NCBI GenBank assembly: GCA_964507855.1
Contig: CAZDQS010000001.1
Coordinates: 102,121 to 166,120 of the forward strand
Direction: 5' to 3'
Length of the DNA: 64,000 bases
Source: an uncultured Candidatus Saccharibacteria bacterium
Lineage (GTDB): Bacteria > Patescibacteriota > Saccharimonadia > Saccharimonadales > CAZDQS01
A program made the position numbers and the translations under genes. Positions within the stretch are counted from its first letter, which is position 1. Each line of letters starts with the position of its first letter. Shown here piece after piece: positions 1 through 8,233 of the stretch. The notes under the pieces are model-generated. The model was not told the DNA's origin. It saw nothing but the letters and a program-made list of their open reading frames with translations, and made no database searches.

Positions 1-1
1 A

Positions 2-721
2 CGACACGCCGAGCTTGATATGGCCACCTGGTATTGGGGCAGATACTATGAAGGGGCGATTATTAACGGTAGCCGAAGCGAGGTACCGCTCACGAACGTG
101 CAAAAACTTGATAAACGTATCGAGTATGCCGAGCAGGTCATATCTACCTACAGTTTCCAGAGCGGCCTCACGACCTCTTCTTCGAGCAACTGTATTGGTG
201 GAAATGGACAAGATACGCAATACGTAGACGGTTTCACTGTCTATAGCCAATACGATCCGGCCTGGAAAGACTTACCGTACGCCAGCAGCACCATAGGTGT
301 GGCAGGCTGTGGCCCAGCAGCGATGGCGATGATTATTACGAACCTGACAGGGCAACAGGTCACACCAGTTGACACAGCTAATTATGCCGCTCAGATAGGC
401 ATGTACGTGCCCGGTGTCGGCAGCAAATGGGAGATAGGGCCGCGCCTGGCCGCTCAATGGGGCCTCCAGTCATCTCCAATTGCGAATGACATCAGTGCAA
501 TTACAACTGCACTTCGTGAGGGTAAACTCATCATAGCTCCAGGGCAGGGCGCCAAGCCATTCACTTCCGGCGGTCACTTTATTGTTATCCGTGGCATCAC
601 GGCTGACGGGAAGTTCCGCGTTGGCGATTCAGGACACAACGACACAAGCGATAAAGATTGGGACCCGCAGTTTATTATCGACAATATGAGAGAAGGTGGG
701 GCATATGCAATATACCAATAA
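2..721 (+). CDS. C39-like cysteine peptidase domain protein (5' end may lie outside the window)
   Basis: ORF track 20..721, with the frame open back to the window edge. The motif VAGCGPAAMAMIITNLTG (catalytic Cys context) and the later GGHFIVIRG (His context) are typical of papain-like C39-type peptidase domains. Confidence 0.55.
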   Translation, partial: RHAELDMATWYWGRYYEGAIINGSRSEVPLTNVQKLDKRIEYAEQVISTYSFQSGLTTSSSSNCIGGNGQDTQYVDGFTVYSQYDPAWKDLPYASSTIGVAGCGPAAMAMIITNLTGQQVTPVDTANYAAQIGMYVPGVGSKWEIGPRLAAQWGLQSSPIANDISAITTALREGKLIIAPGQGAKPFTSGGHFIVIRGITADGKFRVGDSGHNDTSDKDWDPQFIIDNMREGGAYAIYQ

Positions 722-1283
722 TTATACCGGCCGGCCGGTTCAACCTCCTGTAAGGAGGCGAGTGGTGTTGCTCGTAGTGCTTGTGGTGGCACTTGGGCTG
801 GTTGTACTGCTTATATCCTTACGATCAAACCTTAACGACCGGTCCACAGAAAACACAGACGAGTATCTAGACCCACACTCGGGCGAAACCGTATCTAACC
901 CGCCAGGGAAATCACCGGAGGTGTACGGTACAGACGAATCACAGCCGGTATATCTAGGGTTTAGCAAGCTACTCAATGTTGGTATAACTGCGCTCCAAAT
1001 AGAGGTGTTGAAAGATTCAATCGATACCTTCGCGCAGCAAGAGTATGGAAAGCATGCATCCGAAGTGAGTATAGATGTGAGCACCATTACCCAAAGTGAG
1101 TTTGATCGCGATAGTGAAGACACGTCACGATATGTTGCCTTTGATGTCATCATTGATAGAGGGGATCGTTTCCAAGCAACCTTCTACCAGACAAGCCTAC
1201 GGGGTGGAAAATTAACCCTCCACAAAGCGAATAGTTTAGTTTTTGATTCCGGAGACATAGAAGCAGAGCTTCACGGCGACTAG
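696..1283 (+). CDS. hypothetical membrane-anchored protein
   Basis: 195-aa ORF with an N-terminal hydrophobic anchor (RRVVLLVVLVVALGLVVLLISL) followed by a soluble domain. It overlaps the upstream gene end by 26 nt. I recognise no family. Confidence 0.4.
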   Translation: MGHMQYTNNYTGRPVQPPVRRRVVLLVVLVVALGLVVLLISLRSNLNDRSTENTDEYLDPHSGETVSNPPGKSPEVYGTDESQPVYLGFSKLLNVGITALQIEVLKDSIDTFAQQEYGKHASEVSIDVSTITQSEFDRDSEDTSRYVAFDVIIDRGDRFQATFYQTSLRGGKLTLHKANSLVFDSGDIEAELHGD

Positions 1284-2335
1284 CTAAGCGGGATGATGTG
1301 GCATTTGTCCATGAAGTGTTGGACGACGACATCAGCGTCGGTGGTGGTGATAAATGTCTGATGGTCTTTGAGAAAGTTTGTGAGAGAACGGCGGCGCCTG
1401 CCGTCGAGTTCGCTAAATACATCATCGAGCAGCAGCAGAGGAGGTTGGCCGCGACTCTCTTCCAGTAGCTGCAGTTCTTTGACTTTAAGCGCCAGCATGA
1501 GGGTGCGGGTTTCACCGCGCGAAGCAGACTCTTGGGTGGGGTGGCCGTTCAGTGTCATGGCGATATCATCACGGTGCGGACCATCACCGGTAAAACCGCG
1601 CGCAAAATCCAGTTCCTGGTGCCGCTCGAGGCTCTTGAGCATGTGCGAACTATATGCGTCCAATTGATGCCGGCTCGTGTAGTCCAGCGATACCTGGCTC
1701 TTTGTGCCCGCCAGGCCGCCGTACAGCTCGTCCAAGCCCGCTGACAGCCGCTCTACTAATGCATACCTATGTCCAGCAACTTGCCCGCCCAGCTCGCTTA
1801 AACGGATGTTCCAGGCAAAGAGCTGTGACGCGCCCAGTGATTGATCTTTTTTCAGCAGGGCATTCCGCTGCGCGAGGGTGCGGCGGTACTGCTTCAGCAG
1901 CGTGCCGTAACCGGCGACCGTCTGCTCCAGTAAGCCGTCAATGAACTCGCGGCGCAGCTCCGGCGACCCGTTTAGGAGTTGGAGATGGTTCGGCTCAAAC
2001 AGCACCACGGGCACCGTTTTATTCAGTGAAAGTCGCTGTAGTTGCTGATCATCAATAGTAAAACTCTTTTTTGTCCGCTCGCCGTCCTTCTGGAGCTTTA
2101 CGGTCCGCGCCTGGTCATGACTATGCGCATCAATCCGCGCCCATTGGCTATCGAACGCCACCAGCTCCGCGTCTTTTGCCCGATATGATTTGCCGACCGA
2201 GGAGACCAGCACCGCCTCAAGCAGGTTCGTCTTGCCGCTGGCATTCGGCCCGACAATAATATTCACACCCGGCTCAAATTCAAATGTGTCATCTGAGTAG
2301 GACCTAAAATGCTGTAGCCGAATGTCGGTAATCAT
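1280..2335 (-). CDS. recF: DNA replication and repair protein RecF
   Basis: 351 aa. The N-terminus MITDIRLQHFRSY...IVGPNASGKTNLLEAV carries a Walker A motif and the C-terminus has LLLLDDVFSELD (Walker B). It sits in the classic dnaA-dnaN-recF synteny. Confidence 0.9.
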   Translation of the reverse strand: MITDIRLQHFRSYSDDTFEFEPGVNIIVGPNASGKTNLLEAVLVSSVGKSYRAKDAELVAFDSQWARIDAHSHDQARTVKLQKDGERTKKSFTIDDQQLQRLSLNKTVPVVLFEPNHLQLLNGSPELRREFIDGLLEQTVAGYGTLLKQYRRTLAQRNALLKKDQSLGASQLFAWNIRLSELGGQVAGHRYALVERLSAGLDELYGGLAGTKSQVSLDYTSRHQLDAYSSHMLKSLERHQELDFARGFTGDGPHRDDIAMTLNGHPTQESASRGETRTLMLALKVKELQLLEESRGQPPLLLLDDVFSELDGRRRRSLTNFLKDHQTFITTTDADVVVQHFMDKCHIIPLS

Positions 2336-2372
2336 GGCAGTATAAAGTTTTTAAAGTTTATAAAGATAAAAG

Positions 2373-2717
2373 TCATAGTGTCTTGATTAAACCTGAGAGT
2401 ATCTTTGATACTTCAGTCGCTCGTTGAACCAATTCTTTGCTTTGTTTGGGGTCGATAACTCCAAGGCTCCTCCCTAGATGCGCCATAGAACGCACTTCGC
2501 CACACGATCCTTTAGCAATAAATAAAAATTTTTTAAATTCTTTATTGCTTTGTCGCTCAAAACCTTCGGCAATGTTATTCATAATTGACACGCTCGCTCG
2601 CTGAAGTTGGTCTTTATAACCAAAATCTCGGCACTCTTTGAGCAAGCCGTAAACCTGGATACTCAACTCATGAGCTTTCTGCCACGCAACAATATCCTCA
2701 AAATGACTTATCGCCAT
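2373..2717 (-). CDS. four-helix-bundle protein (23S rRNA intervening-sequence protein / Avd-like family, TIGR02436 type)
   Basis: 114 aa with the family signature: ...WQKAHELSIQVYGLLK...QLQRASVSIMNNIAEGFERQSNKEFKKFLFIAKGSCGEVRS... Confidence 0.75.
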   Translation of the reverse strand: MAISHFEDIVAWQKAHELSIQVYGLLKECRDFGYKDQLQRASVSIMNNIAEGFERQSNKEFKKFLFIAKGSCGEVRSMAHLGRSLGVIDPKQSKELVQRATEVSKILSGLIKTL

Positions 2718-2763
2718 GGCTCAACTTTACACTTTTTACCTTAAACTTTCGACTTGCTCAAAT

Positions 2764-3855
2764 CTACGATTTGAGCGGCATAATGATGTGCGTATAATCG
2801 GGATTTTGCGCATCCTTGAGGACAGTCGCCTCAAGCTTGCCGTTAAAACCAAATGTTACCTCATCACCACCAAGCGCATGGAGTGCATCAAGGATGTAAC
2901 GTGAATTGAGCGTAATATCGCCGCTGCCGGTGATTTTGCCGGGAGCTTTGGCGGTGTTTTCACCGAGTTGTGAGGCAATCGAGCGGATACTGATTGATTG
3001 ATCCTCGTCGTCGACGTGGATTGTCACACTACCGGCGCTTTCGCGCGCAAAGAGACTAGAAACCTTGGTAACGTTCGTGAATTCAGCCCGCTTTACAACG
3101 GCAGATGTAGCAAACTGGCTTGGTATCAGTTTACGGTAGTCGGGGTAGTTTCCTTCAATGAGGCGGGTGACAAGCTCGACATCTCCCACCTTAAACAACA
3201 CCTGCTGGTCATCGTGGGTAACCTCAGCGTCTTCTTCGGCGTCCGAAAGGATGCGGAGCAAATCTTGCATTGCAGTAGCCGGAACCAAGATACCAACCTC
3301 ATCCTTTAGGTTAATAAGCTGTTTTTCGGCTAGCCGGTAGCTATCTGTCGCTACCATATGCAGCTTACCTTCAAAGGTATGGATATAGACACCTGTAAGC
3401 ACCGGCCGTGCCTCATCACTCGAGGCCGCAAACACCACCTGTTGCAGCGCTTTCTTCAGGAGCGGGCCGGGGACCTTCCAGCTCTTACCGTCACTGATGG
3501 CCGGCATGACCGGAAAGTCTTCTGCCGACACGCCATTAATGACCGAGTTGTATTGGTCGGTGCTGATGTGTAGTTTGCTGTCATCCAGCTCAAGTTGGAT
3601 CACGCCGCCAGGCAAGCTGCCGACAAAATCCTGCATGAGCCGGGCAGGGACGGTGATTGAACCTTCATTCGAAACCTTCGATCCGATATAGTGCGTGATA
3701 GCAATGTCGAGGTTAGTGGCTGCGATACTGAGCCGATTGTCGACCGTCTTAAGGAGCACATTAGAAAGAATAGGTAACGTGCTTCGGCTACTCGCTACCC
3801 GAGCGACAGAGTTAAGGGCTTTGGCGAGATTTTCCTGGGTGACTTGCAGCTTCAT
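2764..3855 (-). CDS. dnaN: DNA polymerase III subunit beta (sliding clamp)
   Basis: 363 aa. N-terminus MKLQVTQENLAKALNSVARVASSRSTLPILSNVLL and C-terminus HIIMPLKS. It lies immediately downstream of dnaA. Confidence 0.92.
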   Translation of the reverse strand: MKLQVTQENLAKALNSVARVASSRSTLPILSNVLLKTVDNRLSIAATNLDIAITHYIGSKVSNEGSITVPARLMQDFVGSLPGGVIQLELDDSKLHISTDQYNSVINGVSAEDFPVMPAISDGKSWKVPGPLLKKALQQVVFAASSDEARPVLTGVYIHTFEGKLHMVATDSYRLAEKQLINLKDEVGILVPATAMQDLLRILSDAEEDAEVTHDDQQVLFKVGDVELVTRLIEGNYPDYRKLIPSQFATSAVVKRAEFTNVTKVSSLFARESAGSVTIHVDDEDQSISIRSIASQLGENTAKAPGKITGSGDITLNSRYILDALHALGGDEVTFGFNGKLEATVLKDAQNPDYTHIIMPLKS

Positions 3856-4122
3856 GGTATTACTCCTTAATAACTTATTTATATATTAGTAGTAGTTTTA
3901 GTAAGGTGTGTGGATGGTGGGGAAAAGTGGGAGAAAAACAGAGGTAGTTTAGGCTCTAGCGGGGTGGAAAAGTGTGCGGAAAAGGTGGGTGTAGATTGAG
4001 TAAAACTTGTGTTCGTTATCCCCAGGGCATGTGGGTGAGGTGGGGCTTGTGGATGGGTGCGGGTATCTTCCCGCAGCTTGTTCACATGGTTATGCACAAG
4101 TGCTGCACAGCTTGAAGATGGC
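3856..4122. promoter_or_regulatory. candidate second oriC module in the dnaA-dnaN spacer (degenerate DnaA boxes plus AT-rich unwinding stretch)
   Basis: TGTGGATGG occurs at 3909..3917 and 4048..4056, with two mismatches to TGTGGATAA. The motif GGAAAAG (CTTTTCC on the gene strand) is repeated. A strongly AT-rich tract at about 3861..3900 abuts the dnaN start. Confidence 0.35.
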
Positions 4123-5496
4123 TTACGCATACAGCCGCTCCTTGATCTCTGCGATGGTCTGACGGATGCGCGGGTCGAAACCTGCTTCGCGCTCGATTTT
4201 TTCGATCGAATGGATAGCGGTGGTGTGGTCTTTGCGGCCGAGCTCCCGGGCAATCTTAGGGAAGCTGAGGTGCAGCTCGCTTCTGAGCATGTACATGGCG
4301 ATTTGCCGCGGCACAACAATGTCTTTGTCACGCTTTGGGCCGAGGATATCTTCGACAGATATCTGGAAGTGGCGGGCCGTACGTTCTATAACCTGCTTGG
4401 CGCTGAGGTGTTTTGGCCGTGTTTTGGCAGCGCCGAAGAGGCTGGTGGTGATAGTAATGTCCGGCTCCAGGCCGCGCATTTCGCAGAATGCCAACAGTTG
4501 GTTAAGCGCACCCTCGAGTTCGCGGATATTGGTTTGGACATGAGTTGCCAGATACTCGACGACGGGCTGGGGGAGGGTCACGTTATGGCTGTGGGCCTTT
4601 GCTTGGACGATGGCACAGCGGGTCTCAAAGTCCGGCGCCTGCATATCAATACTCATGCCCCAGGCGAAGCGCGACCGCAGGCGCTCTTCGAGCGTGGGGA
4701 TGTCTTTCGGTGGTTTGTCGCTCGAAATAATAATCTGCTTGTTGGCCTGGTGAAGGGCATTGAAGGTGTGAAAGAACTCTTCCTGGGTCTTTTCTTTGCC
4801 GGCTATGAATTGGACGTCATCAATAATAAGCACGTCACAATTACGGTAGTAGCTGGCAAAATCGGTATTCTTCTTGAAGCGGATAGCGTCGAGAAACTCC
4901 TGTACGAACTGCTCGGTGGATACGTAAACAATCCGTGCGCTAGGGTTGCCGGCGAGGACCGCATTGCCAACCGCTTGGATGAGGTGGGTTTTGCCGATAC
5001 CGACGCCGCCGTACACAAACAAGGGGTTGTATTTTGTGCCCGGGTTTGCGGCGATTGCTTGGCAGGCCGCATAAGCCAGTTCGTTGCCGGAACCAACGAT
5101 AAAGGTCTCGAACGTGTATCGCTCATTGAGTCCTTGGCGGTATGAGTGGGTGAGTGTGCTGGTGTGTTTTCGCGGCGCGACTGCAACCGGCTCCTCGGCC
5201 GGCCGCAGGATAACCGGCTCTTCTGATTCGGTTTTCTTTGGAAGGGTAATAGAAGAGTGGATCTTGAACTCCACCCGCTCCGGCTTGATGCCGTTTTTTT
5301 CTAATACGGCGGATATGAGGTCGCTGTATTTACGCTCTAGTTGTTGCTTGATAAATACGTTTGGCACCCCAATGACGGCCACACCGTCTTTATAGCGCAA
5401 CAGGCAGGTATTCTTAAACCACGTGATGTAATTGCCACGAGAGACAGATAGCTCGATTTCCCCTAAGACAGCTTGCCATGTGGCGGTTTCTTGCAT
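4123..5496 (-). CDS. dnaA: chromosomal replication initiator protein DnaA
   Basis: 457 aa with an AAA+ core (YNPLFVYGGVGIGKTHLIQAVGN, LIIDDVQFIAGKE) and a C-terminal DNA-binding domain (IVVPRQIAMYMLR...GRKDHTTAIHSIEKI). Confidence 0.95.
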   Translation of the reverse strand: MQETATWQAVLGEIELSVSRGNYITWFKNTCLLRYKDGVAVIGVPNVFIKQQLERKYSDLISAVLEKNGIKPERVEFKIHSSITLPKKTESEEPVILRPAEEPVAVAPRKHTSTLTHSYRQGLNERYTFETFIVGSGNELAYAACQAIAANPGTKYNPLFVYGGVGIGKTHLIQAVGNAVLAGNPSARIVYVSTEQFVQEFLDAIRFKKNTDFASYYRNCDVLIIDDVQFIAGKEKTQEEFFHTFNALHQANKQIIISSDKPPKDIPTLEERLRSRFAWGMSIDMQAPDFETRCAIVQAKAHSHNVTLPQPVVEYLATHVQTNIRELEGALNQLLAFCEMRGLEPDITITTSLFGAAKTRPKHLSAKQVIERTARHFQISVEDILGPKRDKDIVVPRQIAMYMLRSELHLSFPKIARELGRKDHTTAIHSIEKIEREAGFDPRIRQTIAEIKERLYA

Positions 5497-5554
5497 ACCC
5501 TCTCCTGATTCGGCGTCATGTTTTTGACGAGTTGCCCATAACTATACCGAACTT

Positions 5555-5700
5555 TGCTACTTTTCCACAAGCCCGTGGAGAAAATAGGTAAGAGTCACAA
5601 GACAATCCATCTCAACAGAGAACAAATTATCCACAAGCATAAATAACACCTAAGATTCTGTGGATAAAACCCACCAAAGCGTGGATAACCCTGACCGGAA
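5555..5700. promoter_or_regulatory. oriC DnaA-box cluster (dnaA-rpmH intergenic region)
   Basis: Perfect TTATCCACA at 5627..5635, and TGTGGATAA (the same box inverted) at 5659..5667. CGTGGATAA at 5680..5688 and TTTTCCACA at 5561..5569 each have one mismatch. Confidence 0.65.
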
Positions 5701-5840
5701 CTGTGGTTTAGTATTGTGAATTTCACGCTACGGCAGAACGCTTGCACCCACCCGCATCAACAAGAAGGGGATAGGGCGCGGTGTCAATATCGAGCGATAA
5801 GGGGTTGAGGTTTTTTGCCGTATCTGTTACTGTATAGTTT

Positions 5841-5978
5841 ATGCCGAAACGAACTTATCAACCAAAGAAGCGCAAGCGTGCCCGCGAGCATGGTTTCATG
5901 GCGCGCATGGCGACAAAAGCCGGTCGACGCGTGCTGAAAAGTCGCCGCATCAAAGGCCGCACACTCCTGAGCCGTTAA
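5841..5978 (+). CDS. rpmH: 50S ribosomal protein L34
   Basis: Hand-translated 45-aa ORF that is not in the track (<60 aa): [45 protein letters not shown]. It lies directly upstream of rnpA. Confidence 0.92.
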   Translation: MPKRTYQPKKRKRAREHGFMARMATKAGRRVLKSRRIKGRTLLSR

Positions 5979-6032
5979 TCCAGCAAAACAACGTTTTCTT
6001 GCGGCTGGGATTTAAAACTTATCTCTAGCACT

Positions 6033-6404
6033 ATGATCTCCAGGACGCACCGCTTTCATGGCCACAACTCATTGCGCTACGTGTACCAGCACGGCAAGGT
6101 GGTGCGTGGATCTCATTTGTCAATCAAGCATATTATTAATGAGCGTCGCAAGACGTATCGCTGTGCTGTTGTGGTGAGCCGCAAGGTGCACAAATCAGCC
6201 GTTGTGCGCAACCGTATCCGTCGCCGAATATATGAGATTGTGCGGCGCCACGAAGGGCAGATAGAGCAGTCCCACGACATTGTTATTACGGTTTTTAGTG
6301 AGCAGATTGCTGCGATGCCAGCTGCCGAGCTAGAGCGAATGGTGCGTACATTGCTGCGCCGCGCCAAGATAATTACTCCGCCCGCCAAGTCCCGCGCCAG
6401 CTGA
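6033..6404 (+). CDS. rnpA: ribonuclease P protein component
   Basis: A 123-aa basic protein (…VVSRKVHKSAVVRNRIRRRIYEIVR…) in the conserved rpmH-rnpA-yidC order. Confidence 0.85.
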   Translation: MISRTHRFHGHNSLRYVYQHGKVVRGSHLSIKHIINERRKTYRCAVVVSRKVHKSAVVRNRIRRRIYEIVRRHEGQIEQSHDIVITVFSEQIAAMPAAELERMVRTLLRRAKIITPPAKSRAS

Positions 6405-6491
6405 TTTTCTTGTCAACGAACAGGCGACAGGTGAGCTAATAGATGGTACTATAAGTGCAGTAACAAACTGTACGCACCTGGGAGATTTCTT

Positions 6492-7427
6492 GTGTTTGAG
6501 ACCCTTATTGTTCAACCGATTTTTAACCTGCTCGTCCTCATTTATGCGCTGATTCCCGGACATAACTTTGGCCTGGCGATTATTATCTTTACGATTGTTG
6601 TCCGGCTGCTGATGTGGCCGCTGGTTAAGAAGCAGCTGCATCACACGCGCGAAATGCGCAAACTCCAGCCAGAGCTGAAGCGCATCAAAAAAGAGGCAAA
6701 AGGCGACCGCCAGCGCCAGCAACTCCTTATGATGGAGCTGTACAAGGAGCGGCACATTAATCCGTTCGCGCCGCTCGGCCTCGTGCTGGTCCAGGCGCCG
6801 ATATTCTTTGGGCTGTTTTTCGGCCTGCGCAATATTGTCGAAAACCCCAATGTTATCGTCGATAACGCCTATCCGTTTATCAGGAACCTTGGCACGCTCA
6901 AAGAGTTGGCTGTTGACATCACCCGCTTTGACAGCACACTGTTCGGCGTCGTCGACCTGACCCGTACCGCGCTCGGTGAGGCCGGCGTGTACTGGCCGGC
7001 GATGGTGATTGTCATCGCCAGTGCGGTCATGCAGTACTTCCAGAGCAAGCAGCTAACACCGCAGGATAAGGACGCCCGGGGCTTACGGCAAATTATGCGT
7101 GAGGCTGGGCAGGGCAAAGAGTCGGACCAGGAAGAGGTCAATGCGGCGATTGGGCGTATGTCGATGTACTTCCTGCCGGCGCTTATCTTCTTTATCTCGC
7201 TCGGCATTGCGGCTGCGTTGCCGCTGTACTGGTTCGTCGGTGGGGTGGTGGCCTATCTGCAGCAGCGTCATGTCTTGAGTCGCGACGAGACGGAGCTTGA
7301 GTCAATTGCCTCACGGCCCGCCAGTACCGACGTGATTGAAGGTGAAGTCATTGATGAAAAACCAAAAACAAAAAGTGCCAAAAAAGCTAAAAAAACCACG
7401 CAGCGTAAGAAAAAGCGGAGGAGATAG
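6492..7427 (+). CDS. yidC: membrane protein insertase YidC (short monoderm type with Lys-rich C-terminal tail)
   Basis: 311 aa with a GTG start. It has the YidC/Oxa1 core (…IIFTIVVRLLMWPLVKKQ…MRKLQPELKRIKK…) and the tail KPKTKSAKKAKKTTQRKKKRRR. Confidence 0.9.
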   Translation: MFETLIVQPIFNLLVLIYALIPGHNFGLAIIIFTIVVRLLMWPLVKKQLHHTREMRKLQPELKRIKKEAKGDRQRQQLLMMELYKERHINPFAPLGLVLVQAPIFFGLFFGLRNIVENPNVIVDNAYPFIRNLGTLKELAVDITRFDSTLFGVVDLTRTALGEAGVYWPAMVIVIASAVMQYFQSKQLTPQDKDARGLRQIMREAGQGKESDQEEVNAAIGRMSMYFLPALIFFISLGIAAALPLYWFVGGVVAYLQQRHVLSRDETELESIASRPASTDVIEGEVIDEKPKTKSAKKAKKTTQRKKKRRR

Positions 7428-7429
7428 CT

Positions 7430-7975
7430 ATGGCACAAGCTGACAATGATCACAGCACGCACGTCGATACCACTGAGGAAAACATGGAGCTGCGGCGCGA
7501 GGAGTCAATCCAGTACGCCAAGAAGTACCTAGAGGACATCCTGTCATTCTTTGGGCTCAACACCGACATCTACGCGACATCAGATGAGGATGTCATCGAG
7601 CTGCACATCCCGTCTACGCATCTTAATGGCTTTTTGATCGGTCAGCGCGGCGATACGCTGCGGGCACTCCAGTTTATGGTGTCAACAGCCTTGCGCAACA
7701 ACGAGTATGAACTTACGCGCGTCAACATAGATGTGGCTGACTACAAGAAGGCCCGCGCCGACCGCTTGGCACAGAAGGCTGAGGCGTGGATTAAAGAAGT
7801 CAAGGAAACGGGCGAGCCGATGCCGCTCCAGCCTATGAACGCCGCTGACCGGCGCATTATCCACAAGCTGGCAAGCGATGAGGGCCTAGAGACTGTCTCA
7901 GAAGGCGAAGGTCGCGATCGCCACGTGGTGTTGAAGCCCGGTACCGCAGGCGACACTACCGAAACAGAAGACTAA
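7430..7975 (+). CDS. jag: Jag/KhpB-type RNA-binding protein (KH + R3H domains)
   Basis: 181 aa. It carries an R3H motif context (MNAADRRIIHKLASDEGLETVSEGEGRDRHVVLKP) and starts 3 nt after the yidC stop. Confidence 0.8.
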   Translation: MAQADNDHSTHVDTTEENMELRREESIQYAKKYLEDILSFFGLNTDIYATSDEDVIELHIPSTHLNGFLIGQRGDTLRALQFMVSTALRNNEYELTRVNIDVADYKKARADRLAQKAEAWIKEVKETGEPMPLQPMNAADRRIIHKLASDEGLETVSEGEGRDRHVVLKPGTAGDTTETED

Positions 7976-8023
7976 CTTGACTTATATCAAAAAATATGAT
8001 ACAATGAGAAGATAGGGTAATGT

Positions 8024-8057
8024 ATGCGTTTCGCTGAACGAGGCGCATTCTTTTTTA
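8024..8057 (+). terminator. rho-independent terminator after jag
   Basis: The stem ATGCGTTTCG (8024..8033) pairs with CGAGGCGCAT (8039..8048), including G-U pairs. The loop is CTGAA and a TCTTTTTTA run follows. Confidence 0.5.
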
Positions 8058-8233
8058 TCAGAAAATCACGTTCAATATGAGGGTCAGCAAGATTGTCAGC
8101 AGAATACTGAGGATAATGCTCGGCCACCAAAGAAACTTAATCTGAATTTTACCGCGCTGCCTGCTCATAACAATCAACAATGTATCGCTAGTTGAGAGTA
8201 GGGGCTGTAAACTTCATTACTACTTATTGATTA

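Noticed and set aside
3879-4331. 150-aa minus-strand ORF spanning the dnaA stop and the dnaA-dnaN spacer
   Set aside because: It overlaps the 3' end of dnaA out of frame and runs through the putative origin spacer. Its composition is Ser/Thr/Pro-rich low complexity with no start context.
4057-5145. 362-aa + strand ORF across the dnaA locus
   Set aside because: It is entirely antisense to the unmistakable dnaA CDS (4123..5496, -). The protein is low-complexity and Ala/Gly/Arg-rich with no motifs. This is a typical shadow ORF in GC-rich coding sequence.
5811-5840. rpmH promoter (TTGCCG ... TGTATAGT)
   Set aside because: The -35/-10 spacing is only about 12 nt, and the -10-like hexamer ends 2 nt before the ATG. 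This is not convincing enough to annotate.
8058-8168. Possible 36-aa hydrophobic mini-protein on the minus strand (MSRQRGKIQIKFLWWPSIILSILLTILLTLILNVIF)
   Set aside because: It is plausible as a small membrane peptide, but it has no SD and no visible conservation evidence. It lies in a 258-nt spacer, so I did not call it as a feature.
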